64,000 nucleotides of DNA from assembly GCA_030141605.1 (NCBI GenBank), contig JAQGDQ010000066.1, positions 660,693-724,692 on the forward strand, read 5' to 3'. Made by a program: the position numbers and the translations under genes. Origin of the DNA: Tubiluchus corallicola (taxonomy: Eukaryota; Animalia; Priapulida). Below the pieces are notes generated by a model. That model was not told the DNA's origin. It worked only from the letters and a program-made list of their open reading frames with translations, and did no database searches. This document shows, one piece after another, positions 11,801 through 26,871 of the stretch; the first letter of the stretch is position 1, and each line of letters opens with the position of its first letter.

Positions 11801-14800
11801 ATTATGTTTAATAGTCACTTGCAGTGAAACAGTAACTATGATGAGACCTAGTTACATTTGTAATCTTAGTTTTTAAAGCTGTGTTAAACACAAATATGTG
11901 CTTACTTGGTAATGGTAAATTATGCTGGAGAAGTATTGCAATGGTCTATGTAAAATTCAGTACTATTCACATTATGCTTACACACAAATCATCACTCACA
12001 TCATTTTTAAAGACTTTAGATAATATGGCTGGGTGTTCACTTTATATTATCTGGAAACATTACTTTACCAATAATCTATTCAGATTTGGCAAATTTCTCA
12101 CTATTTCTTACTGGATGTTAGGGCATTGAAGTTAAATGGTTCAAAAAGGAGCACACTGATGTAAAAGAAGTTGATGTTAATCAGATTTCGAGGTATCAGA
12201 TAAAGGAGAAGGAGCTTTCAAGTAGAGTAAACCATTCTTTGGTAATCAAGAATGCTCAAATAGAAGACAATGGCAGGTGGTATTGCGACATCTTCTTAGA
12301 CGGAATGAGCAAAGTGAAATCAAGAGAGGTTGTAGTACATGTGTCAGGTGTGCTATTTCTCATTTTTACCACTAGATGTCTTTGCCATTTTTGTTAATGG
12401 CAGTACTATGACTGAGTATAGCAGTGTTGTCTTACTTGTTAATGTCATGTTCATACCATGAGCTCAGATTGCTTTTGAAAAGTGGGCGTACCCAGCTAAT
12501 ACACTGCAGTGTGTAATTGTCAAAGGCACGAAGGCAGCAGCGGAGCTCTGGGATATTGTTGTTACCGAAGTAACGAAGTTATTCAGTGTTGTTACCGAAA
12601 AATTTTCAAAATTTAAACTTCAGTTCGTTGCATCTGAGCTAATTTTTGTATCTCACTAGCCCGAATTTGCCAGGTATTTTACTGCACAAGAAAGGCACAG
12701 AGTAATGGTATATTTTGTGCATTGTGTGACTGTTGTGCATGGTGGTGTTGTATTCATGGTGATTGCAGATGAGTGAAATGAGGTGAGTTTTGAAGTTAGT
12801 GAGGAAGAGATAAGAATCATAAAGTACTTAACATGTTTGCATCAACAATAATGGTCTAACTGGTTGACCCTTTACAGATTCAGTACAAACCTCTGTGATT
12901 TTAGTTCAGTTATTATCTAGGATGAATTTTAGATGCAATGAACTATTAAAAATTATCAACAACGTGAGATAAAAGAATCCAAAGTATCAAGGTTTGCAAA
13001 CACAGTACGTGGATGGTGGACATACAAATGTGAAATGCGCACTAATTTTGTTGTTTTTTGGATTGTAGTTAATGAACTTTTGTAAACAACTGAATTGCAG
13101 ATTTTCTTTGCCTAAATTTGCAATTTTAGTTAAACTGTAGCACACATGTGCCTAAGATAAAATTTTCAACTGTTTGCACAAATTTACCTTATTTCAACAT
13201 TTCGTCATGATGTAGGTTTTGTCTACTAATGTATTACTCATTAATGGTTACAACTTCTAGCTGCATGCAAAGGAGTTTTTAACAACAAGATACACATGGT
13301 AAGCTAGTTTTTGCCTACATTTTGCGAATCATGCGGGTGCCGGTTTTTTTTTGTAATATCTGAATTATTGCATAAGAACATTAAAACTGATTTCTTAGCG
13401 AAATCGCAATTACAGTAACCTAATTAGTCTGCCAGCAAAAACCGGCTGGTTTTGGAAAAATGATATTACGGAAAAGCATGTTAGCTCAAAGTTCACACAA
13501 AACAAGAAAAATTTAAGACATTAAAATCCTAATCGATTTAGAAAGCAAATAGTTTTTAATATGTTTTTTTGGTTATAATCCCTGCTAGTGTCTTGGGTCA
13601 GGAATACTCATTTTTGTTTTATGATTATACGGGCTGAAACAAAGTTGCTTTAAACTACACTTAATTTTTTGATATTTTTTGTAATTATTGAGTGGGAGAT
13701 GTACTACTTGAAATCCCACCTACTAAGAATTTTGAAAAGTGACGAGTCTCACATACCACCACCCATATCTGCACTATTGGTCCGCACCACACCAAATTAT
13801 AAACAAAATACTTGCTTAGCAACAATCCCTCAAAAATATTTTGCATTTAGCGGTATTAACATGAAAATTCTATGTAGTTTGTATAAATTTTGTATTTTGT
13901 ACCTATCTGTGAAGGTAATACACTGTTAGTCTATCAACTACTAGTCCAGGACGTGAAGTATTTTGTTATTAATCTATCTTGCTTACTAAGTTTTTTCTGT
14001 CCCAATTCACACCAGCTTCCAGATATAGAGTACTAGTAGTGCGACAAAGCATTCTTGTACCAAATTGTAGCTTCCTAGATGCTTGATAAGCTGAATTATA
14101 GGCTTTTATCAACTTAGCTGCTCAAAAAGTTGAGGTACGGCCAGTATGCACACATTTATGTTTTTGCTCGAACGTATGACAATCGGCCATACACATACAC
14201 TGCCCACACTTGGCCTGCCCCAAAACAACAGCAACAACAAAAACATTTTGCACAATGTTGAAGGTGCATAAAATGAGAAACAATGCTAACTAGTTTATAA
14301 TGTTTCTGATGTGGTCAGAAACTGAAGATTTTGTAACAATAGTTATAAAATTGGTTCTTAAAAATGAAAAGATGACAGTTTTCTTGAAGGTTCTTATTTT
14401 CTTTTATTGAATTCTGCTTACTTGAGTACTTGGGAAGTGCATCTCACAATGAAATCTCAGCATTTAACTGTTCAGCCCATCACCCACGGGTCAAAGGTCT
14501 GCCAATGTTAGCATAACTTATATCATTCAGTTAGTCTCTTTGAATTTCATTTGATATACAACATATTACTTTTGGTAGACCCTGAAAGGCATTTGCCTCC
14601 CCGACCCCTATTATGCCACTAACTGGGTCACAGGTTAACGATTCCCACTGTAACCTATACCATTCGATTCGCCTCATCAAGACCTTTCATTTGATATGCT
14701 ATATGTTGCTATTCGTAGATACTCGGTGCATTTGTGTTTTCAACCCACATTTTTTGGTTTTTCCCCCTACTGGGGTCAGAGATCAACCAGTCTCGGCATA

Positions 14801-17800
14801 ACTTACACCATTCAGCTTGCCTCATCGAGCTCTTTCTTTTTGGTATACTACAAGCTAGTTTTGGTTGACACTGAAAGGCCTTTGTCTCCTTGACCCCTAT
14901 TTTGTCCCCTAGCAGGTTCGCATTGTAACCTATGCTATTCGATCTGCCTTATCAAGACCTTTCATTTGATATGCTACAAGGTACCATTGCTCAACACTCA
15001 TTGCACTTCAGTTCCCAACCCGTATTTATCGGTTTTTTGCCCCCTAGGGAAAAAACTGTGAAAACTTGTGAAAAAAGTTTGGAAAAAACCGAAAGCCTTA
15101 AACGGAGATGCGACTTAAAGGAAAAACTGACCAATGCCCATTGCCCTTTCCTCATTGATCAGTGGTCACTGGTTGCCACACTGTTGTATGTCCCCCACCC
15201 AGGGCTACCAACCCTGTGAGTTTGGTGACCCTAGCTTGTAAGCCTTATGAGTTATTAAGCGTTAAAGTGCCAGAGAATAAATAAATAAATGGCAAAATCT
15301 TAATAAATCAATCCACTGACGATCAATAATGCACAAATAATCTGTGTAACTCTTGCTTTTTTGAAATGACGGTAATAAACTAGATATTAGCAGATACATG
15401 TTTACTGTTGTGTGGATTCAATATTTTTGTGAAAATTTACTATGCATTGTTTATTGCACAGTGATTAATTGGCATAGTTTCGTATACAAGACCAGCACCA
15501 CATTAAAACAAATCTGTTTGTAAAGGTTACATAGCAAGTGTGTAACCCAAAAACCAGATAATATGCAGTTATGCAGCAGAGAATAAATGATAGCAATTCA
15601 ATGTATGCATCTCTATAGTTCACTTATTGAAAGTCTCTAAACTGGAATTTGGAACCAGACTGACACTTGGGAACATTTGTTCACCTGACACACCCAGTTT
15701 CGGTTTTTGTTCCTTATCGGAGTCAAGGGGTCACACTGAGAGTAACTTATTCCATTCAATTTGCCTGATTTAGACCTTTCATTTGATCAATTGCAAGCTT
15801 CTGTTGTTTGAAACTGGTAGCATCTGTTTCCCTGAATTCAAGCTGGGATTTTACACCCTATAGTGGGGGATTACCCAACTGGGCGTAATTCTCACTTTTC
15901 AGTTCTTCTCATTGAGACCTTACATTTGTAATGCCACGAACCACTGTTTCTTGACACTGAAAGTATCGTTAAGGAGAAATATAAAAAAATCCGCCTACGT
16001 AAGGGATAAATTTCGTGACCCTAGCCCCGTCTGTATGTGACTTAGGTGAGTAAGAAATAAAAAGGCACAAATAAAAGTAAATAATAAAAACTGGAGGTAA
16101 ACCAAAAATATTCTACTATGTAGTGAAATCTTAATGTGAAAATGAGACCTTTTTTGGAGTATGAAGTGTCCTAAAAATACTGTAGCAGAGTGCTACTTTA
16201 CTGAATCAGAAATCAGATATGTATATCTATAGTTATAACCATGTAATAAGTAACCTGAAAATTAGTATAGAGAATGTTAAGTTATGTCATTTTATTTTGG
16301 ACTTATTCTAATGATGGTCACTGATCACTGTATAGAGCACGACCAATTATTGTTAGTGATGCTCCTATCATTATGTTGTAAGTTTAACTATCTGCCTAAC
16401 AGTTTCCTGCACAATCCATTGAACAATATTATTTATAGTTTGACTGAAATGAAAAATACGTAATTAAGCCAAATTGCTTTTGCTGATCTGATACTTTTTT
16501 TATTTTTAGATTGGGGTATAATCCATGATCCTAAGCATCAAAAAGTGGCTTTGGGCAAGTCTTTTACCTTGGCATGTGAGGTTTTCTTTCCACAGGATAA
16601 ACCAGTCCCATTATTCTCTGTAAGGCTTTACATTTTTTACTCTGTTAAATAGTGTTACAGTTCAAGTCTGTAGCTGACAATAAGTGGCATTGCATAGTCT
16701 TATATACTAGGAAAAGTCGAATTGAACTTGCAAGTGAGTAGCGCCTTTAGATACGTGCTTTCAAATGCAGATTAAAATTTTCATTTCTAACATACTGCAG
16801 TTCATAAGTTCAAGCAAGCATGAAATATAATAGCGTTTTCAAAGAGGGTATCACTACATTTTCAACATTTCCTTTTTTTTGTATAACAGTCATTCTATTT
16901 ATTACTGATATGTAGACAACTAATATTGCAGTCTAAAGGTAATTAGGCCTCTGTAGTTTTCAGGCTGTTTGTTGTTAACATTTCTCCCTAAATATATTGT
17001 TAATTATGATAAAATCGTTTTCAATTATAAGCTTGGACTTTGAAAATTGTCTACATTTCCAAAGACTTCATAGGAAGCTCTTGACCTATGCATGGGTTTC
17101 ATCTAATCCATTTAGCTGAACTTCTCTTTACAGCTTTGTTATTACACTTACCAAGTCATTTAGTGTTATTACTCTTGCATTTCATACCAATACAGTTAGA
17201 GGGCAATGCGCAATAATAGCCTGGTGCCAAAAACAATTTTTAGCTATTACGTAACCTGTTTATGACGACGGCACCATTTGCGGCGATCTATATATCAAAT
17301 GAAAGGTCTCGATCTAGTGTCTTCTCATTGATGGTTTATTTTTCGAATTGGGCTCACCGGGAGGAACGGGGGGCGAAAAACCTCCAAAAATGGCCCTTTT
17401 TCGGCCGTTTTTTGCAAAAGTTATACGGCTGAGATGTAGAGAACGGGAACGGGCCGAGGGTGGTGCTGGGTATGGATAGATAGCCCGTTCAGCGGTGGGT
17501 GTAGTAGGCATATTTAGAATTCCCGAGAGGGCCAGGGCGCCCCGCAACGGGCGTTTTCCCGGACCCAACTCGCGATTTTTTCGAAATTTTGACCAAACAG
17601 CCTGCGGGAAAAACGTTCTAGCGGCGCCCGGTGGGACTCTCGGGAGGAGATTTATAGCTCTTTACAAAGAGGAAGGACAGGGCTACACGATGATGTGGGT
17701 TATATTTTAGGGCAGGTCCACCGAGAGGAGTACCGACGAGTTAATTAGCTGTTCTATTTTCGGCGATTTTCGCTTAGAAAACTGTTGTGACGAATTCCAT

Positions 17801-20800
17801 TGTGCTGACGTCATCCATTATTGCTTATAGCTTTAATTCAGCAAAAAGCTGCTTTGCGTTAGTTAAACATACAGTAGGCACGAGTACAGGTTTTGCGTTA
17901 GGTAAGTAGGCAGGATGTTACGGGCTTTGCGTTATACATGAGGACTGTGTAGGATGTTCGCGTGTTATTGATTATACGTGGTTTTTTACGCAAAATCTTT
18001 TGCGGGGCCTTTGCTATTTATAATTATTGGTGTTGAAAAATGAAAAGGCATTAACTGATGGACCGTTTTCTTACAAATGGCAGCCAAAAAGGCTAAAAGA
18101 GAAAAATGCAATCAAGACCTGTGTGATAATGACAATAGCATTATTATAAAGAGTTCCTCTAAAAAGTCATTATTAATGAATTAAAAAAGATTGCTGATAA
18201 AAATAACTATCATTCTGTAAGCGAACTTGGTTAAGACAGGTTCTAAATAAAAGGAATGATAATTAATAATACCACAGTAATAATACCAAAACCACAGTAA
18301 ATACACGTGGCAATTTAATCATTATTAAAGCAAATAATATTTTGTTCAATCATAAAATTTCAAACTACTAAAGTCCAAATTGAATTTACAGTGCCTTGAA
18401 ACATACTTTTTTTATTTAATTTTTAATTGGGGGAGCTTATATGCAGCACTCTCCTGGACACTCTAGCTGTGAGAACTGGTTGTGAATTTATTCGCATATC
18501 ACCCATGACTGTAGCTGGGCCTGCTGGGTACTTTTATGCCCTTTTAAAATACACTATATTATAATAATACTAGGCTCCTATACAGCCGTTTGCTGAAATG
18601 ACTGATTCCTGAAATACTGAAAAGAGAGAGTTTTTCAAAGCTTAAATAGAAAAAGATTTTAGAACCCATGCAGAAGCATCAAAAACATGTCATTAATTAC
18701 ATGAAATATAAGTAATACAGTTTAGAGTGACATGCTAAGTAATGAATCAGGTATTGTTTCTTCGTAAGTGATAGATGAGCTTTTCAACCATTCTAACACG
18801 ATGATAGTTAATGTACAGATGTAGCTGCTTAAGCTGAAGCATCAATAAGAGAATAATAGTTAACAAAATGGACGAGTTAGAGTTGGTAAATGAGCAAATG
18901 ATTTTTACTCTTATAAAAAGATTTTGGCTAGCTGTATTTGCTATAGCTGCTAATGGCTGTAATAGCTAGCTGTAATTGCTATAGCTGTAATGGTTAGCTG
19001 CTATAACAGCTAGCCAAAATCTTTTTATAAGAGTAAAAATACAACCAAAAGAATGATGATCTGTCACAGTTCTGTGAAAATTTACTAATTAATGAAAATA
19101 TTATGCTTGTGGTGCCCTATTCTTCTCTGCATTAAAAATAAAATATATACTCTGAGAAGTGGGTCTTACAAGGAAAGGACTTGCATGTGTAATATTACTT
19201 GAACATTGAATTAATTGTTTCTTTCAAATATGGTGAATTGTAATTTGGAAAGCAGCAGTACATTGTTAATAGAACTCGTTGGCTCTATAGAACTTATTAG
19301 TAAGTAAATCAAAGCGGCTTGCCTCCTCTTGCTGTTTGTCATGACATATGAACTACAAAAACGTATTAGAACATTTTTGGTATAACTGCTATGGTGTTAA
19401 CACGTATAGTTTACAAAATTAATTACATAATGTTACTTCTTTAGATTCATTGGTACAGAAATGGTGCACTAATTTCAAATAATCTGCTGTCTTATCCACG
19501 GTACCGTTGGAAAGATCCATTTTGGAACGACACCAGAGATGGTGCTCTTTTCGTTGAAAACGCACAGATGGAGGACTCGACTAAATGGCATTGTGAACTT
19601 AAAGCTGCAAATGATACACGTAAATCTGACATCGCGCTGATAACTGTCGGTACTTTACCAACATTTTTCCTAATTTTATTTTTTACTAGTCTAAGTTAAC
19701 TTCTCGTACTTATGATGATACATATATTGATTATCTCTTTCACTGTGAGCAAAAAATTTTGATGAGTTAGTTTGATTAAAAATGAGTGCAAGCTTCTCTT
19801 TTGAATTGCTGGCCAATGTGTTGCCATGATTTCATTTGTTGTATTTCAAAGTCACTTTGTTTGTATATTGTTTGAAGAACTTTCTAACTTTTCCCCAGTA
19901 GAATTATAATAACAAACAAGTCGGCAGAATGGTAAATAATTAATTGTGAAGCAATTACCTCTATCTGAGTAGCGAAAGCATGGTTTAGGTCTAGCAAAAG
20001 CATTTGAAACTAATGTTAATTAATAATGAATTATTCATTATTAATAATTAAGTATTATTAATTAATAACAATTTTATCGCCTAAAATCCATATAAGATGT
20101 AAATTTTTGGTGTAGACATTTTAAAATTCACAGTCACACAAGAAAATTCTGTGAGCCAGATTTTGGAAACTGAATGTGTGTGTACATAATCACTTGAAGA
20201 ATACTTAAATTCACTTACAGGGATTAAATGACAAAAAGTTAAAAAGCTTCTAAGATTAAAATTGTTTTGATTTGGCATTTAAAAATATCGATATTTAGGC
20301 TTTCACCACATCTGAAAGTTTATTTTATGAATTATAAGCAGCAATAGAAAAAATATTACCAGTTGAAATTAGGTTAGTTCTAGATTTTATATCGAGGTAT
20401 TAGTATCAGATGACCTGAGTCAGTGGGATGCTGTATGCATTGTATTTATAAGAACTCAGGTAAGTAAGTGGGAGCAAAACGATTTCATCCATTTAATAGT
20501 AAGAAGAAAAATTTTAAATTTAATCATTTGGTGAACTGGGAGCCAGTGTAATTTCATGAGAGTCAAAATTATATGACATGATTTTTCCTATAGGTAAGCA
20601 CACTTATACGACTGCTTAGAAAGCTTAAAAATTCGACTGTTTTTAAAATTCTCAATGTAAACAATTTGGTATTTCCCAGATGAGTGAATTACACACTTAG
20701 TCATTACACACTTGAAATTAATTACAAAAGCAGAAGCTGCTGAGATATTATAGAATCCGGAATACATGAGTTTACTGATGTTATTCAAGAGGAAAAAACA

Positions 20801-23800
20801 ATAATCGCACGTTTACTCCATTACTAGACTGGAATGAAATGTGCAGCGTAAATACATGATAGTTTTTAGGAAGCCATTGTCGAAATCCTATACAGTTAAG
20901 CCAGATTGGGCAATTTTGACCAAGGTGTGTCAAAGTGAATAAACTTGAAAAAGTTTTTTAATTCTTCATGGCGTGAACAATATCCATTTCAGGCCCCAAC
21001 ATAATAAAGTTTTATACATCTTTATTAGGAAAACCAACATTGCTACTGCTTATTATCAGTTATCATTGGACTTTCTTAATAAAGGTGCAAAAAAATTTAT
21101 TATGTAGCTGGCTATTTATGAAATGAATAAATTTTGTCTTATTAGCATTCGAAGCCATTTGGCTTATAGGATACGATTTCTTTGATGCACTTTTCAGTTT
21201 TGACTTCGATGTCACATTCAGTGGTAGCTAATTGGTTGAATAGATATGTTAAGTGGACTGTCATTAGCATAGAGATGATAATCAAACCCATACTTACAGA
21301 CAATGGTAGGATGTTATTTGCATATAGCATGAGTCCGAATTAAAAGTAATCCTTGTGGGCCTTACATGATAAGACATCTTTGTTGTATATAAGTTTAAAT
21401 TAGCTGGTCTAATACGTTGCAACTGACTTGTGAAAGACGGTACGTTTTTGTTGCAGTATTGGATATTTTCTTCGAGCAAACCACCATGAGTGGTTGTTGT
21501 TGTGTGTCTCTAGGTGATGGCACCTGTAAGGCATCTCCACCCACAACGATTCGCATGCTCCTTCAGTGTTATCACTTGTTTGCATATCCCTTCCATCCTT
21601 CTCCTCCATGCTGTCAGTGGCCTTCTACATTTTTTGCACCTCCTGGTAGACTAGACTAGCATGGCTTCCTTCTAGCACTCTTTTGGAGGCTGTGCCATGG
21701 GAATCTTGTTCTATCCATCTTATGGAATTTCTGAGTATCTGCATTATCACCTTCGCTCTAGAGTACTCGGAATTGTTTCTGCAGTTCTTATGTCATCCAC
21801 GTAATTGTTTTTTTAAATAAACTGCTAACAAAAATTAAGTCTACATCTTTAACTTGATCAGTTATTATTTTAGATGTTTGTTTGCTTCTTCCTTGCCTTC
21901 ATGGGAAGTGCACACTGTTAAAAGGAGTCAACTATATATGCACATGTGAGGCTAGATATATAGGAGAGAACTGTACGGAAGGTATTTATACACTTTTTAC
22001 ATATTAATGTTCAGTACAGTCTGTTCCTAGTAAAATTTTTCCTGAGACGTAAAAATTTTTATTAAGGACATTGTACTCACTGTTACGGGGATGTTTAACT
22101 ACAGTGGGTGCCGCTTAATAGACTCACGGTTAATTCAGGCTTTGCCAGAAAGTTTAATCAGTTAGATTTGTAGTTAGACTGAACAGTAAGTATGTCACAA
22201 TTATAGCAAGCTGGAGCTTAGGCGAAACTACAGACGAAGCTACTTGGGGGGGGGGGGGGACATAGGCACCACCAACATTTTAAGCACTTACTCTGTAGTT
22301 TAGAGAAGTATGCTTTTTAATTCATTGCTAATTCACTTATATAAATTAATCTTCTAAAACATTTTTTTCTAATTTTTAACTGCACAAAGGAATTTAGGCA
22401 TTACTTCTTTCCTAAAATTCATTAAAAGCCTTTGCAATGCATAGTTTGCTGGTGACTCATACTTTTATACCAGTAATACTACACTCATCGGTTAATAGGT
22501 TCAGTTGGTTACTTGGGTCAAAACACTGTGGCCCAAAGTGAGTCTATTAAGCAGAGCCTACTGTACCATGTTTGCATGTTTGACAGATTTGGTGTGAGGC
22601 TGCATTAAACATACTTTTGGAGTAGATGTATGTGACGCTGAATGAGTGACCTTCAATCATTGCTTATCCCACATGTAGTTATATATACTGAAGCCTTTGC
22701 TTCTGAATAAAATTAGTCACTGCTTAGTGGATAAAGTCAATTACTATTACTATTAACAGTTACACCTGTTCAAACTAGTGACTATGACGAGCAAGCAAAG
22801 CAAGAATGGTTATTTCTACTTTGAAACCAGACTGAATAAAAGTAATATAAAAAATTCATTTGTTAGACATATTCATTGTCATCAGAAAACTGTAGTTTAT
22901 TTACAGGGATTGCAGTATTTCATGGTATTGAAACAAGCCATCAAGTAAGATAGGTATAGTTGAAATATGAGTACTTAATGAGCAGTTGGCTTACAAATTT
23001 GAACTCAGCTGCATAGTATATCTAATGCAAGAAATATCCATAATGAAATAAATGGTGCATAAAGTGGATTGGGTGGCATGCCAGCAAATAAGTATAGCTA
23101 TTGCCATATTGCATTATAAAGGGTAAAATACACTTTTTGATGTAAAAACATAGAATAAATGTTTCAGGATATTGTTACCTGTGAAAAGTTCAATAAAATG
23201 CCTTAACTTTTTAAAGGCCCTTATGCATTTTGTTCGTGCACAGTGTGTGTTTGAAGTATGTTAATGCAGTCTAAGTGATTGTCATGTCCTCTAGGAACTA
23301 TAGTGAAAAAAACTATAATTATGAGAGGTTTGGCTGAGCAGAATTTGGTTCTTTCCCCAGAAAATGGATGATTATATATGTCTTAGTCCCCAATTAACAG
23401 TGCACATGATTTCCTGAAAGCTGAAATGTATAATTAGGTATTTGCTTTAAAAATAGCGTGCTTGTTTTTCATCTGATTTCTCTATAACTTGTATGAATGA
23501 GAATTCATACCAAATTACACATTGTTTTTGCAAATTATGTTCTTTGTGTTTCGCTCTGTTGTACTTATGTTTTAACCATTTCTATGGTGTCAAATTGTGA
23601 TATTTAAAATATGAGAGCGCTCTCCTGAGACTTGTCTCTTTTTACATAAAACATGTAATACCCTTTATAAACTCAGTGATTATGGTGAAAGCTTCTGAAA
23701 TAATGTATAATCATTGATACTATAAACAATATATGAATTATATACTCATAAAGTTACGTGTTTTATGTTAAATTGGAACATTGATGAAAATTACTAATGT

Positions 23801-26790
23801 TGTTTCATTTTGTTTATTTGCTAAACTTTCAGATAAAGTACGAAGTATAGAGTTATATATTGACCCAAGTGAAGATATTTACTACACAAACGAACCTCAT
23901 GAAGTTTTTTTGCTTGCTAACTTTTCTATACCTGAACTAAGCCTTACTTTAACTGTTAACATGAGACATGGATTTATCTTTGAAATTTCCCAGCAGTTTA
24001 ATGCTACATATGATTATCAATTTCAACATACGTTTTTTAAGCCTGGCAATATAACGCTTGAAGTAATTTTCAAACTAAACCATGTGGACACACCTGTTTA
24101 CTGGAAATATCTTAAGAATGTGTATGTTAAAGACAGATTGGGTAAGTGCACTTTGTCGGATTTCATACACAGCGCTGGTCAGGAGCCATCAGATGCCCCC
24201 AAACATAGGATGCCATATAAATTTTCAGTTGGAGCTGTTTCAGTTATGGATTGTACTCATCCAATACGTACAGTGAAGCATAAATGGGGAATGTATGTGG
24301 TAACACAAGTGCATTTTCTACCAAGTCCTGCGTATCTTCGATCTAAAAATGCTGATGTGTACATGCCGGTGGAAGTTCCAACCACTTCGTTTGAATTAAA
24401 TGTGCCTGCGTATTTACTGAGAAGTGAAAAATACTTGGTAATGCATAACCTTACAGTTCAGGCAGACGATGAGATCTACTACCGGACAAGCTTGGTATAA
24501 AATTGTTTTTATTATTCATATGCTTGGAGTATGCTATCCAAACATTACTATTGGATAGACATTTCCTGTTTAAATTTTAATTTCAGTAGCTTTTGCATTC
24601 TAATATCAAAGGTACGATTATTATAACCAAATAAAGTAAACAAAACTCAATACCAGGGCTGGGAAATCTTCACGGACTGGGCGATGTAGATGTAATATGT
24701 ATATAAGACTACTAAAGTGTGATAGTCTTGCTGAGATTCTAATATTGAGATTGTCATTAGAGTTCGTAAGGATGTTGCCGATTAGAGTTCTTAATGGTGT
24801 TGCTGAATATTTTTGCCCCACTTTTTATTTGGTTGCGTATTAGAAGCAGTTGTGTTTGCTTTTCTTTATAGGTTACCCAGGATTATTTACTTTTCAGCTT
24901 TATTGAATCGTATAGAAAAAGAGAGAAATTCAGCCAATTTCGGGTTTTCCTAAATTTTGAAGCGGCTGTTTAAAATTTGAAAAGCCTTTCAGGTGGTTAT
25001 GTTTGAATCCATGAATAGAAAAAAATCAGTTTAAAATGACTGGATTGCTGTTGTGCAAATAATATTGTTATCAACTTCCTGGGAAACAACTGAAGTTTTT
25101 TTTGCAAGCCTGTCAAAACTAAATTCAACTCTCGGCAACAGCCTTTATTAGCAAGATGCTATCACTTGCAGTAAACTAGTGAATGTTAAAGCAAAAAGCC
25201 TCAAATTAAGTACATGTGATTGAAATTTGAATTCGTCATGTAATTTTGATAATCCACACAGTGTGTAGCCGTCTCAGCTTTAAATGACAAAAGTAACAAC
25301 TGTTCTTCGCTGTTCAGCATTATTTTTGTTTTTGCAATAAACAAATTGAACATTCGTAAGTTTTTATCATTTTTATTGATTATGATTTATTAACTGTTAT
25401 GTCAATTTTTGTTAATTTACTGTCAATTAATTTTTCAGGCCTGGATTATAGTAGATCATATGGACTTAAGACCTGTTATTGATGGTGGAGCAAAGCAGAT
25501 AATTAGATGGGACAGTGACGTCTTAATCAGTGCAAACAATTCTTATGACCCGGAAAATGAGTACTTTCAGGATAAATATAATCATCTACGTAATCCAGAC
25601 ACTTTACACTTTTCAGATGTGTTATTGCAAAGACAAATAGCAGCATACAGGTGATGGTTAAATGGAAAAATTGATTGATCTTAGAGTGCAAGCCAACTAC
25701 AGTAGTAATTTTATTTGTATTTACATCTGCCATGTCTTAGTATCTTACAATTGATCAAAATTAACAAAACATTTGAAAAAGCTTTAACTTACAAAACCAG
25801 TGTAAAGTGCCATTTCTTGGCAAACTGACACAAAATGGTGTTCCTCAGCTGTTGCAATGACAAATAAGGACAGTTTATGAAACTGTAACACTAATTTGGT
25901 ATAAAGTGATCTAAGATGTGTACTAAGAAAATAACCAGCTTCAATTTTGCATCTGGAGAATTCCTTGAATATAGAATCTATCAATATTAGAGTGTTGTTG
26001 TATGCCGTAAAAACTTTACACTTCTAAAGTCAAATGATAATAATGAGAAGTTTGGTGATTTATGCATTATGTATTATAAATAATTTTATTTATCAAACTA
26101 CTTGACATAAACATACATAACTATGAGATTAATTTTTGATAAGCATGTCACTGCAAGGTTGATCCCAAATCAAAACCATGTCACTTAGCCAGATTGGCAA
26201 TATGATTGTGCAGTCTGTCCAGTGAGTTAAAGTAGCAGGTTGAGGCAGAGCAGCAGAGATCTGACTGTAGTATTCCATACAAGGTCATACGGTCAATTTG
26301 TAATGCTTAGCCACTTCTGTAAGATATTATGTGTGACTATAATACGAATCACTGGTCATGTTGGTCTTCATCATTTTTGGCATCATCGTCGTCATCATCA
26401 TCATCATCATCCCATTGTCATCTTTATCCAAATTTTTTTGCTATTATTTTTACTGCTAAAATCATCATTTTTTTATTCATATGCTTTTTATGATAGATTT
26501 ACTTGGTATTGTTACAAAGGATCAATGGAAAGTGATGTCCCTCCTGGAGGACAAAGTTGCTTTAGTGACAGTCCGGCTCTTTTTGCAAATCGTAGCAGAA
26601 GTACGTTTTTGTGGACAGTATTTTCATGCTAAAACAATTTTAATGTATACCAGTAAAGCATGACATTATGTGCCAGTCATTGTATGAAACTAGGAAACAA
26701 TGCAGAAAGCTGGGAAGCTTGTAGAAGCATTCCAAAATGCTTAATGTCCAACTTTGCATTTCCTTTGTTTGCCTTTTCCACTTTCTCCCT

Positions 26791-26871
<81 letters not shown>

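Noticed and set aside
17314-17710. Overlapping GC-rich ORFs on both strands
   Set aside because: No recognisable domain; they are explained by the GC content of a probable TE.
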